Positions 9,590-19,689 of a stretch of DNA of 20,000 bases are shown in pieces. The first letter of the stretch is position 1, and every line of letters begins with the position of its first letter. The stretch comes from Chiloscyllium plagiosum (lineage: Eukaryota), in contig NC_057751.1 in assembly GCF_004010195.1 (NCBI RefSeq), forward strand, positions 14,853,629 to 14,873,628, read 5' to 3'. Under the pieces are notes generated by a model, which was not told the origin of the DNA, did no database searches, and was given only the letters and a program-made list of their open reading frames with translations. Made by a program: the position numbers and the translations under genes.

Positions 9590-11435
9590 TTAGATAACGA
9601 GGGAAAAGGTGGGACCACTCAAGGTTAAAGGAGGGAACTTGTGCGTGGAGGCAGAGGATGTGGGTGTGGCCCTAAATGTTTGTGAGTTTCGTGTGGAGCA
9701 AGCTGAGATCAGGAAAGCAGTGGTGTTGGGTCTCTTGAAAAGCATGAAGGAAAAGTCCCCATGGCCTGATGGTATACTTAGTCCCCCAGGTTACTGACAG
9801 AGGCAAGAGAGGAGATTGCTGGGACCTTGACCAAGATCTTTGTGTCCTCACGAGCCACTGGAGAGGTCCCTGAGGACCGGTGAGTAGCTAATGTTGTCCC
9901 TCTGTTCGAGAGGGAACTCGGGACAATCCAGGAAACTACAAACCAGAGATTCTCAGATCGGTCATGGGCAAGCTATTGGAGAGAACTCTTAGGGATAGGA
10001 CTTATACACATTTGGTAAAGCATGGCCTAACTCAGGACATTCAGCATGGCTTTGTGCAGGGCAGGTTATGTCTTACCAACTTGATTGAATTTTCTAAAGG
10101 AGGTGACGAAGGTGTTGTTTACATGGATTATATTGAGGCTTTTGATGAGCTCATCCCGAAGATGAAGATGCATGGGATCCACAGTGATGTGGTCACGTGA
10201 ATTCTGAACTGGCTTGCCCAGAGGGTAGTGACGGAAGAGTGTTTGACAGACTGGAGGTCCGTGACCAGTGGTGTTCTGTATTGGGAAACATCAATGACTT
10301 GGTTGAAAACGCAGACGGGGGTCAGTTTGCAGAGGACACAAAGATTGGTGGAGTTGGGGATGGTGGAGATTAATGTGGGTAAGTGTAAGGTGCTGCACTT
10401 TGGTATTTCAAATTAGATTAGACTAGATTCCATACAGTGTGGAAACAGGCCCTTTGGCCCAACAAGTCCACACTGACCCTCCAAAGAGTAACCCACCCAG
10501 ACCCATTTCCCTCTGATTAATGCACCTAACACTGTGGGCAATTTAGCACGGCCAATTCACCTAACCTGCACGTCTTTGGACTGTGGGAGGAAACCGGAGC
10601 ACCCGGAGGAAACCTACGCAGACACGACGAGAGTGTGCAAACTCCACACAGACAGTCGCCCGAGGTACGAGTCGAACCCAGGTGCTGTGGGGCAGCAGTG
10701 CTAACCACTGAGCCATCGTGACATCCAACGTGGCAGAGTGGGCGGATGAGGTTTAGTGAAGTGTGAGATCACGCATTTTGATCAGAAGGACTCTGAAAGG
10801 TGTATGGCATGTGTGCCTTTGCTGGTCAGCAAACTGAGTACAAGAGGACACCTCGCTGCTTTCTAAGGCTTCAGTTCGGCCACACTTTAAGAATTGCATT
10901 CAATTCTGGTCACCACACGACAGGAAGGCTGCAGTGACCCTGTGACAGAGGGTGCTTTGGGGGAGGGCACGGAAGGGGTTTACCAGGACGCTGTCTGGAC
11001 TAGAGGGTCTGAGCTATAAGGAGAGACTGGAAAAACTCAGGCTGTTTTCTCTGAAGCGGCGGAGGCTGAGGGGAGACTTGATAGAAGTTTAGAAGATGAC
11101 CAGATGCATTGATCGAGTTGACGGTTCAAATCTTTTATCTGGAGTTGAAATGTCTAATCTTTGGGCGAATGCGTCTAAGGTAAGGGGAGGAAGAATTCAA
11201 AGGAGATGTGAGGGGCTCGTTTTGTTTTTACACAGAGAGTGGGAGGAGTGTGGAACGCGCTGCCAGGGATGGGAGTGGAGACGAGTCGGGGTGTTTAAGG
11301 GACTTTTGGATAAGCACATGAATATGCAAAAGATGAAGGGATGTGGGCCAAGGGTGGATAGAAGGTTAAGCAGAGTTTAAACTGCTGTCATGTTTGGCAC
11401 ATCGTGGGCTGAAGGGCCTGTTCCTGTACTATGTG
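9590..11435 (+). mobile_element. CR1-type LINE (decayed ORF2 to 3' end), interrupted by a SINE at 10413-10720
   Basis: Motifs KSPWPDGI, QHGFVQGRLCLTNLIEF, VYMDYIEAFD, WRSVTSGV and KCKVLHFG, plus the 3' end 'gggctgaagggcctgttcctgtactatg'. Confidence 0.88.
10413..10720 (-). mobile_element. HE1-like tRNA-derived V-SINE
   Basis: Minus-strand tRNA head with A box 'tggctcagtgg' and B box 'gggttcgactc', a central 'gtgtggagtttgcac...ctccgggtgctccggtttcctccca' domain, and a CR1-like tail ending in (TCTAA)n. Highly similar to the copies at 13585 and 19343. Confidence 0.9.
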
Positions 11436-11732
11436 AATCATCGGTGCAAATATTGTGACATTGCAACCAGAGAACCCAACAATGTGGCGATCACTGCTGA
11501 CAGGAACCGTGCCCAACATTGTCCACAACACAAAGGCTCTGGGACTCGCTCATCTGTACACATCAGTGATTTCCTGCTGATCTCCCTCAAAGAAATGACT
11601 CGGTGACTCCAGCGTGACATTGTCCCAGTCTGAAAACCCATCCGCGTTGATGTAAATCCTGAGGTTGGCAGTTACACTGTGAGACACTCAGCACACATCT
11701 GTCAGGACACCTCCAGCACCTCAGCACTGCTC

Positions 11733-12200
11733 AGAATCACAGAACGGATATGGCACAGGAGGGGGCCAGTCGGCCCACTGCGTTCATACTGTCTAATGTC
11801 AACCTTTTCTCCATACCCCAGCTCAGCATGTCTATCCCCAATCCCCCTCCGATGTCTCTCTCCAATGCCTCGATTGAAGCTGCCTCCCCCACGTTTCCAG
11901 GCAGTGCATTCCACAGTCTAACCACTCGCTGGGTGAGCGAGTTCTCTCTCACATCCCCCGAACCTCGTTTGTACCTCACATTAACTGCATACCCCTCTTC
12001 GTTCTTGTTCCTTTTACAACCAGGAGCAGCCGCTCCCTCTCTATCTCCAGCCCGCCCATGATTTTGGAGACCTGGACCAGATCTCCCTCTCAGCTGTCTT
12101 CTCTCAGTCCCGACTTCTTCAATCTCCCCTCATAACTGAGGTTTCTCATCCCTGGAACTCTTCTTGTCAACCTCGTCTGCACTCTCCCTCCAATGTGTTC
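11733..12200 (-). mobile_element. CR1-type LINE 3' fragment, running into the gap
   Basis: Minus-strand RENSLTQRVVRLWNALPGNVGEAASIEA and RVQTRLTRRVPGMRNLSYEGRL; tail 'agaatcacagaacggatatggcacaggagg'. Confidence 0.85.
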
Positions 12201-12700
12201 NNNNNNNNNNNNNNNNNNNNNNNNNNNNNNNNNNNNNNNNNNNNNNNNNNNNNNNNNNNNNNNNNNNNNNNNNNNNNNNNNNNNNNNNNNNNNNNNNNNN
12301 NNNNNNNNNNNNNNNNNNNNNNNNNNNNNNNNNNNNNNNNNNNNNNNNNNNNNNNNNNNNNNNNNNNNNNNNNNNNNNNNNNNNNNNNNNNNNNNNNNNN
12401 NNNNNNNNNNNNNNNNNNNNNNNNNNNNNNNNNNNNNNNNNNNNNNNNNNNNNNNNNNNNNNNNNNNNNNNNNNNNNNNNNNNNNNNNNNNNNNNNNNNN
12501 NNNNNNNNNNNNNNNNNNNNNNNNNNNNNNNNNNNNNNNNNNNNNNNNNNNNNNNNNNNNNNNNNNNNNNNNNNNNNNNNNNNNNNNNNNNNNNNNNNNN
12601 NNNNNNNNNNNNNNNNNNNNNNNNNNNNNNNNNNNNNNNNNNNNNNNNNNNNNNNNNNNNNNNNNNNNNNNNNNNNNNNNNNNNNNNNNNNNNNNNNNNN
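12201..12700. other. Assembly gap (500 N)
   Basis: Run of N; the round number suggests a placeholder length. Confidence 0.99.
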
Positions 12701-13170
12701 CCGAATTGTTAAAAAAGGGCAAGAAGTTTCAATGGACAAGGGACTGTCAGAAGGCATTTGTCAGCCTAAAAACTGTGTATTAGCCACACTGGATTACTTG
12801 AGGTCTTTCAAGGTGGCTATCGATGCCAGTGGGTGTCGGTGCGGTGCTCCTGCAGGAGGATGACGAGGGGGTAGAAAAGTCCAGCAGGTATATTTCCAGG
12901 AAGTTTAATGATCATCAACAGAAATATCCAACAGTGAAAAAATAGACTTTAAGCTTGGTGTTGACATTATGACAGCTCAGTATTTATATTACCAGCAATG
13001 CATCTGAGACAATCGTATGCACTGATCATATCCCATTGACATTTATGGAAAAAATTAAGGACAAAAATGCCAGACTGTTTCGATGGAGCTTGTAGATGCA
13101 GCCATTCAATTTGACAATTGTGCACATGGCAGGTCGCAAAGACGTGATTGTCGATGTGTCATTGAGGCTC
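12701..13170 (+). mobile_element. Ty3/Gypsy LTR retrotransposon pol remnant (RT connection + RNase H), probably Gmr1-like
   Basis: ELLKKGKKFQWTRDCQKAF...FKVAIDAS..VGAVLLQED...SRKFNDHQQKY..TDHIPLTF..KNARLFRWSL..PFNLTIVHMAGRKDVIVDVSLR, with stops and frameshifts. Confidence 0.88.
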
Positions 13171-13333
13171 AAATGAGATACAGAGACGTTCAGTGGTGGT
13201 TGTCCCGCAGCCTGAATTTGCATGTGGTTGTGAATGTATGCATGTTTATCGTTGGTATAGTGTTTAGACTACTAACTGGGGTTTTGAAGGGTTAAAAATG
13301 AAGCCATCCTTTGGTATTAATAGTTCATGTTTT

Positions 13334-14289
13334 AAAAGGGGGGAGGTGTCACAAAGCTGGTCCCTTTTTCTTGTAAAAGCTGTTCCTTGGCTCAAGGAGA
13401 CTCTGTTGTTCATTTTTTTCAGAGGGGTAATAAACCAGGCCAGGCTCCAATCAGTCTGGCTTGGTACAGAGATGGAAAGGATTGTGAGGGGCTTTTTGTT
13501 AATATGTAAACAGATGAGACTTCAGGCCAAAGTGGGCATGTTTTAGAAGTGACCTATATCATGAAAGGGGCGTGGTTAGCTCTCTAGATTAGATTCCCCT
13601 ACAGCGTGGAAACAGGCCCTTCTGCTCAACAAGTCCACACCGACCCTCCGAAGAGTAACCCACCCAGACCCATTTCCCTCTGACTAACACACCTAACCTA
13701 TGGGTCATTTAGCATGGCCAATTCACCTGATATGCACATTTTTAGACTGTGGGAGGATACCAGAGGAAACCCACGCAGACCTGGGGAGAATGTGCAAACT
13801 CCACACAGACAGTTGCCAGAGGCTGGAATCGAATCTGGGACCCTGGTGTTATAAGGCAGCAGTGCTAACCACTGGGCCACCATGCCCCCCCCTCGCTGAG
13901 CAGTTTAGTTCAATCCTGAACTGGCTGGGAGTTCGACAGAGAACTGTGTGGAAATTCTCTCTCTCTCTTTCTGCCCTTCAACTTCAACCTATAAGCACGT
14001 GCTCCATTGAAACTGGTATTTAGAGGGAGTTTGTTTATTGGGACTGTTGTGCATATTCAGAACAGCATACTTAAGTCTAGTTTGGATAGATTGAGTTCTT
14101 TAGCGGTTCTTTATTCTGTTCATTATGTAGTTTTGTGAGTAAATTTTTGTCTGTTTTAAAATCTACTATTCAAACTAGCTAACTTAACCTGGGTAATTTT
14201 CACTGGACACTTACCAAAGCAAATTGCAAAGTTATGGGCTGGGCTGCCTGCTTAAGAATGCCTTGAGTGATCTGGCCTAGTCCACAACA
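13334..14289 (+). mobile_element. Polypurine tract and 3' LTR (TG...CA) of the Gypsy element, interrupted by a SINE
   Basis: The PPT 'aaaaggggggagg' (13334-13346) is followed immediately by TGTCAC at 13347. The probable end is '...tccacaACA' at 14289, after which CR1-like sequence resumes. The LTR is about 640 bp without the SINE. Confidence 0.75.
13585..13891 (-). mobile_element. HE1-like tRNA-derived V-SINE inserted in the Gypsy LTR
   Basis: Same structure as 10413-10720; (TCTAA)n tail at 13585, head 'gggggcatggtggcccagtggttagc' at the right end. Confidence 0.9.
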
Positions 14290-15600
14290 ATAGCCACCAC
14301 CTTCAACACTCTAGCATGTACCTCATCGAGTACAGGGTATTTATTTAGCTTTGATCATATTAATTTTCCAGCATTGCCTCTTTATGAGTACTAATGACTT
14401 TAATTTTCACAACTCCCATTGGTTCCGAGCATTGTCGATAGACTTTCTACAACATCCTCTATAAAGACAGACAAACCATAATTTTTTTGGTTCTCTGTCA
14501 TTTCTCTACTCTCCAATAAAAATTTTCCTGCTTCCATCTGTAGTGGGGAGAAAGTGAGGACTGCAGATGCTGCAGAGCAGAGTCGAGAGTATGGTACTGG
14601 AAAAGCACAGCCGGTCAGGCAGCATTCGAGGAGCTGGAGAATCGATGTTTCGGGCATAAGTCCTTCATCAGGAAATCTTAATGATGGGGTTCTGTCCGAA
14701 ATGTTGATTCTCCTGCTCCTCAGATGCTACCTGACCTGCAGTGCTTTTCCAGCACCACATTCTTGACTCCATCTGGAATGGGCCCAATTTTGTTTTCATT
14801 AATCTACTTCTTTTCATGTACCAAAAGAAGTTTTTCCGATCTGCCTTTCTGTTTCACGCTAGCTTGCATTCATCTTGACTTTTTCATTCTTAGTTTCTTG
14901 TTCATCCTTTGCCGAAAGCTAAATTGGTGCCATACCCAAGGTTACCACTTTTTGCTATCTGTCATACTTGTCAGTCACTTCCTTTGACCTCATGCAATCA
15001 TTTCCTGTTCGCCACAGTTGATTCATCTTTCCTGTCGGTTTTCATCTTTCTCAGGGAATGGTATATTTGTTGTTGATAATGCAAACCAGCTTTAAATACG
15101 AACATTTGCCCATTTACCATCATTGTTAAATATGCTATTGTATCAGGATTATAACCGTCATATAATTAGACTTAATTAATTCTTATTAACGACTCGTTCT
15201 TAGTACATAACAACAAATCTGAATTAGCCAAATTCTAAGTTAGTTCCTCTATATACAACTTCAGAAATGCAACTCATACACAATCCAGGAAATCATCCTT
15301 CACCACACCAGCATTAATTAGTTTAACCAGTTTATATGTAAATTAAAATCAACTATTACATGCAGATTTAATTTCTTGACACATACTATGCCAAACATTA
15401 TTATTGGTAGTTTATAGACAACTTCCACTAAGGTTTTTTGGCCTTGTTGCTTCTTAACTTCACTCAAATTGATTCTACATCGTGATCCTTCAATCTGAGA
15501 TACTCTCTGTCATGTATAGATCTTGCCCCTTATAAACAGTGCCTTCCTACCTCCTTTACCCCCTCTATCGTTCCTTCTGAAATCACAAATATCACTGATC
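14290..15600 (-). mobile_element. Old, AT-rich degraded CR1-type LINE, interrupted at 14548-14767
   Basis: 'atagccaccaccttcaacactctagcatgtacctcatcgagtacagggtattta' is the reverse complement of a decayed KSPGPD..HPRVLKEVA region; further CR1-like patches extend to ~15550. Boundaries are approximate. Confidence 0.55.
14548..14767. mobile_element. Short non-autonomous Penelope-derived element: two pseudo-LTR ends in inverted orientation with hammerhead-like cores
   Basis: Arm 14580-14673 is the imperfect reverse complement of 14677-14769. The element is flanked by a 15-bp direct repeat tccatctgtagtggg (14533-14547) / tccatctggaatggg (14768-14782). Confidence 0.8.
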
Positions 15601-15654
15601 ATTGGGTTCCTAGCACTGGTCATCCCACAATCACATCTCAATGATATGAACAGT

Positions 15655-15765
15655 GTTACCATTGGCCATAAATTGAACTGGACCAGTCATACTCAAGTAC
15701 TGTGGCGATGAAAGCAGGTCAGATGCTTGGAATTCTGGGACAAGTGATTCATGTCTGTGACTGCT
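15655..15765 (+). mobile_element. Fragment of a different non-LTR retrotransposon (post-RT/thumb region)
   Basis: VTIGHKLNWTSH...KAGQMLGIL resembles the LINE 'GVTID.KL.W..HI......A...LG.L' motif. Confidence 0.55.
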
Positions 15766-17327
15766 TGCTTCTCAATTTCTCTCAGTTTAGTTTCTGTTCT
15801 TTTATGTGTATGTGTCACTGGGCCAGTTAGAAAAGGTAAGAGAGGGAAATTGGGGCATTATAAACTAGTCAATCCAACATCAGTGTCAGAAAACGACTAA
15901 GGCCGAGAAGGTTGAAATTATAACACGGATACGGACAGCTGAACCAGTATAGTCTTCCTATCTCCCTATTCACTACTCAGTCAAATTAAACTATCAAATA
16001 TCCATAATTATTATTTCAATGTTTCCTAATAAGACTTTTTAAAAACTAATCCCAGATTTTGTGAATAATTAATTCCAGATCCCAGTTTTGCATATCAAAC
16101 AATTTAAGAAATATGTCATAACTTTAGCAAAGGAAAAATTAAACAACAGAGCAATGTGATTAATGACCCGGCTTTAAATCTGAAACATTTGTTTTCAACT
16201 TCTATTCACACAGAAGACAGAAAGAAAATAACTGTAAAGGGATAATGAAAGAACATAACAAAACTGGCCAGTTTAGTTAAATTACTTTCATGATACATTG
16301 TTTCACAGGCATAAACGTGGACTCGGTGGTTGCTTTTCTGGAACTGACAATGAGGATCACCTTCTTGGTTCACTCAGGTATCGGGGTTTCTATTTTTTAT
16401 ACTTCCAGAAACTGGCATAACAGACCTTTCCAATCTTCATGCTACCTCAGCAGCAGCCAATAACCATCTCTCAGAAAACGTAGTTCAAGAAAACATCTTT
16501 AATTCTGATTCTGCTCTGATGGACTGATTGACTCTTCCTGAGGTCTCATTTCCATACAGTCATAGAGTCATATCGTCATTGAGTCATAGAGTCATACAGC
16601 ATGGAAACAGACTCTTTAGTCCAACCAGTCCATGCTGACCATGTTCACGAGCTGAATTAGTCCCAGATTTTGGCCCACATCTCTCCAAATCTTTCCGAGT
16701 CATGTACTTATCCAAATGCCTTTTAAATATTGTAACTGTACCTGCATCCATCACTTCCTCTGACAGTTCAACCCACACACGAACCACTTCCTGTGTAAAA
16801 ATGTTGCCCCTTGTGTCCTTATAAAAACTTTCTCATCTCACCTTAAAAGTTACCCCCTAATTTTGAATTCTCCCACCCTTGGGAAAATACCCTTGCTATT
16901 CACCTTATTTTATACCCCTCATGATTTTACAAACCCCGATAAGGTCACTTCTCGACGTCCTACACTCCAGGGAGAAACTTCCCAGCCTAGTTTTCTAACT
17001 CAAACCTTCCATTCCTGGAAACATCCTGACAAATCTTTTCTGAATCCTCTCTGACTGAATAATATCCATCCTATAGCAAGGCAACTAGAAATGTGCACAG
17101 TACTGCAGAGGACACCTTACCAATGCACTGTACAACTTCAACATGACATTCTAACTCCTCTAACGCAAAGATCTGAACAATGAAGGCAAGCTTGCTAAAA
17201 GCCCTCTTAACCACCCTGTCAGCCTGTGATGCAGATTTCAAACCTGAATTCCCAGGTTTCTCTGTTCTACAAAACAACCCAAGGCCCTACTTATAATCGC
17301 GCAAGTCCTGCCCTTGCATGTTTCAAC

Positions 17328-17505
17328 TGAGCTGAAAAATGTGTTGCTGGAAAAGCGCAACAGGTCAGGCAGCATCCAAGGACCAGGAGACCTGAAGAAG
17401 GGCTTATGCCCGAAACGTCGATTCTCCTGCTCCTTGGATGCTGCCTGACCTGCTGCGCTTTTCCAGCAACACATTTTTCAGCTCTGATCTCCAGCATCAC
17501 TTTCT
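17328..17505 (+). mobile_element. Short Penelope-derived foldback element with TSD
   Basis: 62-bp inverted arms at 17329-17390 and 17423-17484 (2 mismatches). TSD ccttgcatgtttcaac (17312-17327) / ccttgcatgttttaac (17506-17521). Confidence 0.85.
17391..17420 (+). ncRNA. Minimal (PLE-type) hammerhead ribozyme core
   Basis: CUGAAGA-A-GGGC(uuau)GCCC-GAAAC-GUC: the CUGANGA and GAAA boxes, a 4-bp stem II, palindromic ACGU in place of stem III, and a GUC cleavage triplet (17417-17419). Activity is not demonstrated. Confidence 0.7.
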
Positions 17506-18231
17506 CCTTGCATGTTTTAACGAAATGTCATACATCACATTAAACTCCATCAGCCACTCCTCAGCATATTAACCCAATTGATCAAGGTCTTTTTTTATAA
17601 TCTTCGATAACATTCTTCACTGTCCACTCTGCCACCAACATTGGCACCATCTGCAAACTTACTAGTCATACCTCCTATGTTCTTATCCAAACCATTTACA
17701 TAAATGACAAACAAAAGTGGACTCCGTCCTAATTCCCACAGAGCACCACTGGTCACAGGCCTCTCTTCCACCACCTTCTGTCTCCTACTATGAAGTCAAT
17801 TTTGCATCCAATTGGCAAGCTCACCCTGAATCCCATGTGATCTAACTTTACTAATGAGTCTACCGTGTGGAACCTTGTCAAAGGCTTTACCAAAGTACAT
17901 TTAAATAACATTAATAACTCTGCCCTCATCAACCTTTTTGGTTACATCCTCAAAAAACTCAATTAAGTTTCATGATTTCCCTCACTCAAAACCATGCTGA
18001 CTATCCATAATCAGCCCGTGCCTCTCCAAATGCATGCAAATCCTATCTTTCAGAATCACCTCCAAAAAACTACTGACCACTGATATCAGACTCGTAGGAC
18101 TCTCATTCCCAGGTTTCTCCTTACAGCCTTTCTGAAATAAAGGCACAACATTAACCATCCTCTGGTCCTCTGGTCCCTCACCTGTATTTACAGGAGATAC
18201 AAAATATTTCTGCTCGGGTCCCTGTAATTTC

Positions 18232-18365
18232 CGAGGCAAAAGTGAGGACTGCAGATGCTGGAAACCAGAGTCTAGATTAGAGTGGTGCTGGAAAAGCACA
18301 GCAGGTCAGGCAGCATCCGAGGAGCAGGAAAATCAACGTTTCGGGCAAAAGCCCTTCATCAGGAA
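18232..18365 (-). mobile_element. Short Penelope-derived element (single pseudo-LTR end) with TSD
   Basis: Same family as 14548 and 17328. TSD tccctgtaatttc (18219-18231) / tccctgcaatttc (18366-18378). Confidence 0.85.
18334..18362 (-). ncRNA. Minimal (PLE-type) hammerhead ribozyme core
   Basis: Minus strand reads CUGAUGA-A-GGGC(uuuu)GCCC-GAAAC-GUU. Confidence 0.65.
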
Positions 18366-19342
18366 TCCCTGCAATTTCTTCCCTAACTTCCCATAAAATC
18401 CTCGGATACACTTAATGAGGTCCTGGAGATTTATCTGCCTTTATGTTTTCTCAGACCTCCAGCACCTCCTCTTCTGTAATATGAACTGTTTTCAAAACAT
18501 CAATATTTATTTCACCAAGTTCTCTCACCTCCAATTCTTTCTCCACAGTAAAAACTGATGTTAAATATTCATTTAGCATCTCTCACATCACATGAGATTC
18601 AACACATAGATGACCTTGTTGATCTTTAGCAGGGCCTATTTGCTCTCTACTTGGTCTTTGCTCTTAATGTATTTGTAGAATCTCTTTACATCATCGTTAA
18701 CCTTATCTGACAAGGCTATCTCATATCCCCTCTTTGTCCTCTTGATTTCCTTTTTATGAACGCCCCCACACACTTACCCTCTTCAAGAGATTAATTGATC
18801 CCAATTGTCTATGTCTAATATATAATTCATTCTTATTCTTGACTAGAATCTCAATATCTTCATTCGTCCATTGTTCCCATCTCCTTCCAGCCTTACCCTT
18901 CATTCTAATCGGTATGCAATGCCCCTGGAATCTTGTTATCATACTTTTGAAAGTCTCACATTGTCACTCGTCCCTTTACAAGTGAACAGTGTACTCCAAT
19001 CAACTTCTGAAAGTTCTTATCTTATACCATTGAAATTTGCCTCACTCCAATACAGAACTTTAACTTTTATGGAAGGCTTATCCTTTTCCACAATTATTTT
19101 AAAACTAATAAGATTATGATAACCAGTCCCAAAGTATTCCCTTACTAACACTTCAGTCACTTGCTCTGCCTTATTTCCCAACAGAAGGTCAAGAACTGCC
19201 ATCTTCTTGAACATGGACTCCCTTTCATACTTGTCAGAATCAATTTCTATGAACTGACCTTGTTAATAGCCAACTGCTTCTATGCTCTTCATTGGGTCAC
19301 TGTCTCTGTTAGAATCTGTTTAATCAAGTATCTGCCCTACAA

Positions 19343-19647
19343 TTAGATTAGATTACTTACAGTGAGGGAACAGGCGCTTCAGCCCAACAAGTCCACACTG
19401 ACCCTCCGAAGAGCAATCCATCCAGACCCATTCCCCTGCACCTAACGCTATGGGTAATTTAGCATGGCCAATTCACCTAACCTGCACATCTTTGGACTGT
19501 GGGAGGAAACCAGAGCACCCAGAGGAAACCCACACAGACACGGGGAGAATGTGCAAACTTCACACAGACAGTTGCCCGAGGCGGGATTTGAACCCAGGTC
19601 TCTGGCGCTGTGAGGCAGCAGTGCTAACCACTGTGCTACTGTGCCGC
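19343..19647 (-). mobile_element. HE1-like tRNA-derived V-SINE
   Basis: Head 'gcggcacagtagcacagtggttagc...gggttcaaatcc', the same central domain as the other two copies, and a (TCTAA)n tail. Confidence 0.9.
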
Positions 19648-19689
19648 TTCCAGGCTTGGCCTCACAAAGAAACAAAACTTGTTTGGTCT

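Larger units (their letters stand above)
16553..19212 (-). mobile_element. CR1/HER1-type LINE, ~2.3 kb of ORF2 (endonuclease end to 3' tail), decayed, with two nested insertions
   Basis: Minus-strand AVLDLLLGN...FGTGYHNLISF (end of the APE domain), NVVPLFQKG...SLISVVS..LEVILKDRI..HLERHGLIMDSQHGF, and VTIFKRHLDKYM. The 3' tail consists of (CTATGACT)-type octamers at 16553-16596. Confidence 0.92.

Noticed and set aside
10660..10720. tRNA-like A/B boxes (also 13820-13890, 19580-19647, and isolated B-box-like motifs at ~1533 and ~1745)
   Set aside because: These are SINE heads or decayed SINE remnants; I could not build a full cloverleaf.
12090..12863. ORFs of 182-222 aa
   Set aside because: Mostly X from the 500-N gap.
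15900..16550. AT-rich segment possibly a solo LTR
   Set aside because: No defensible TG...CA ends, TSD or second copy identified.
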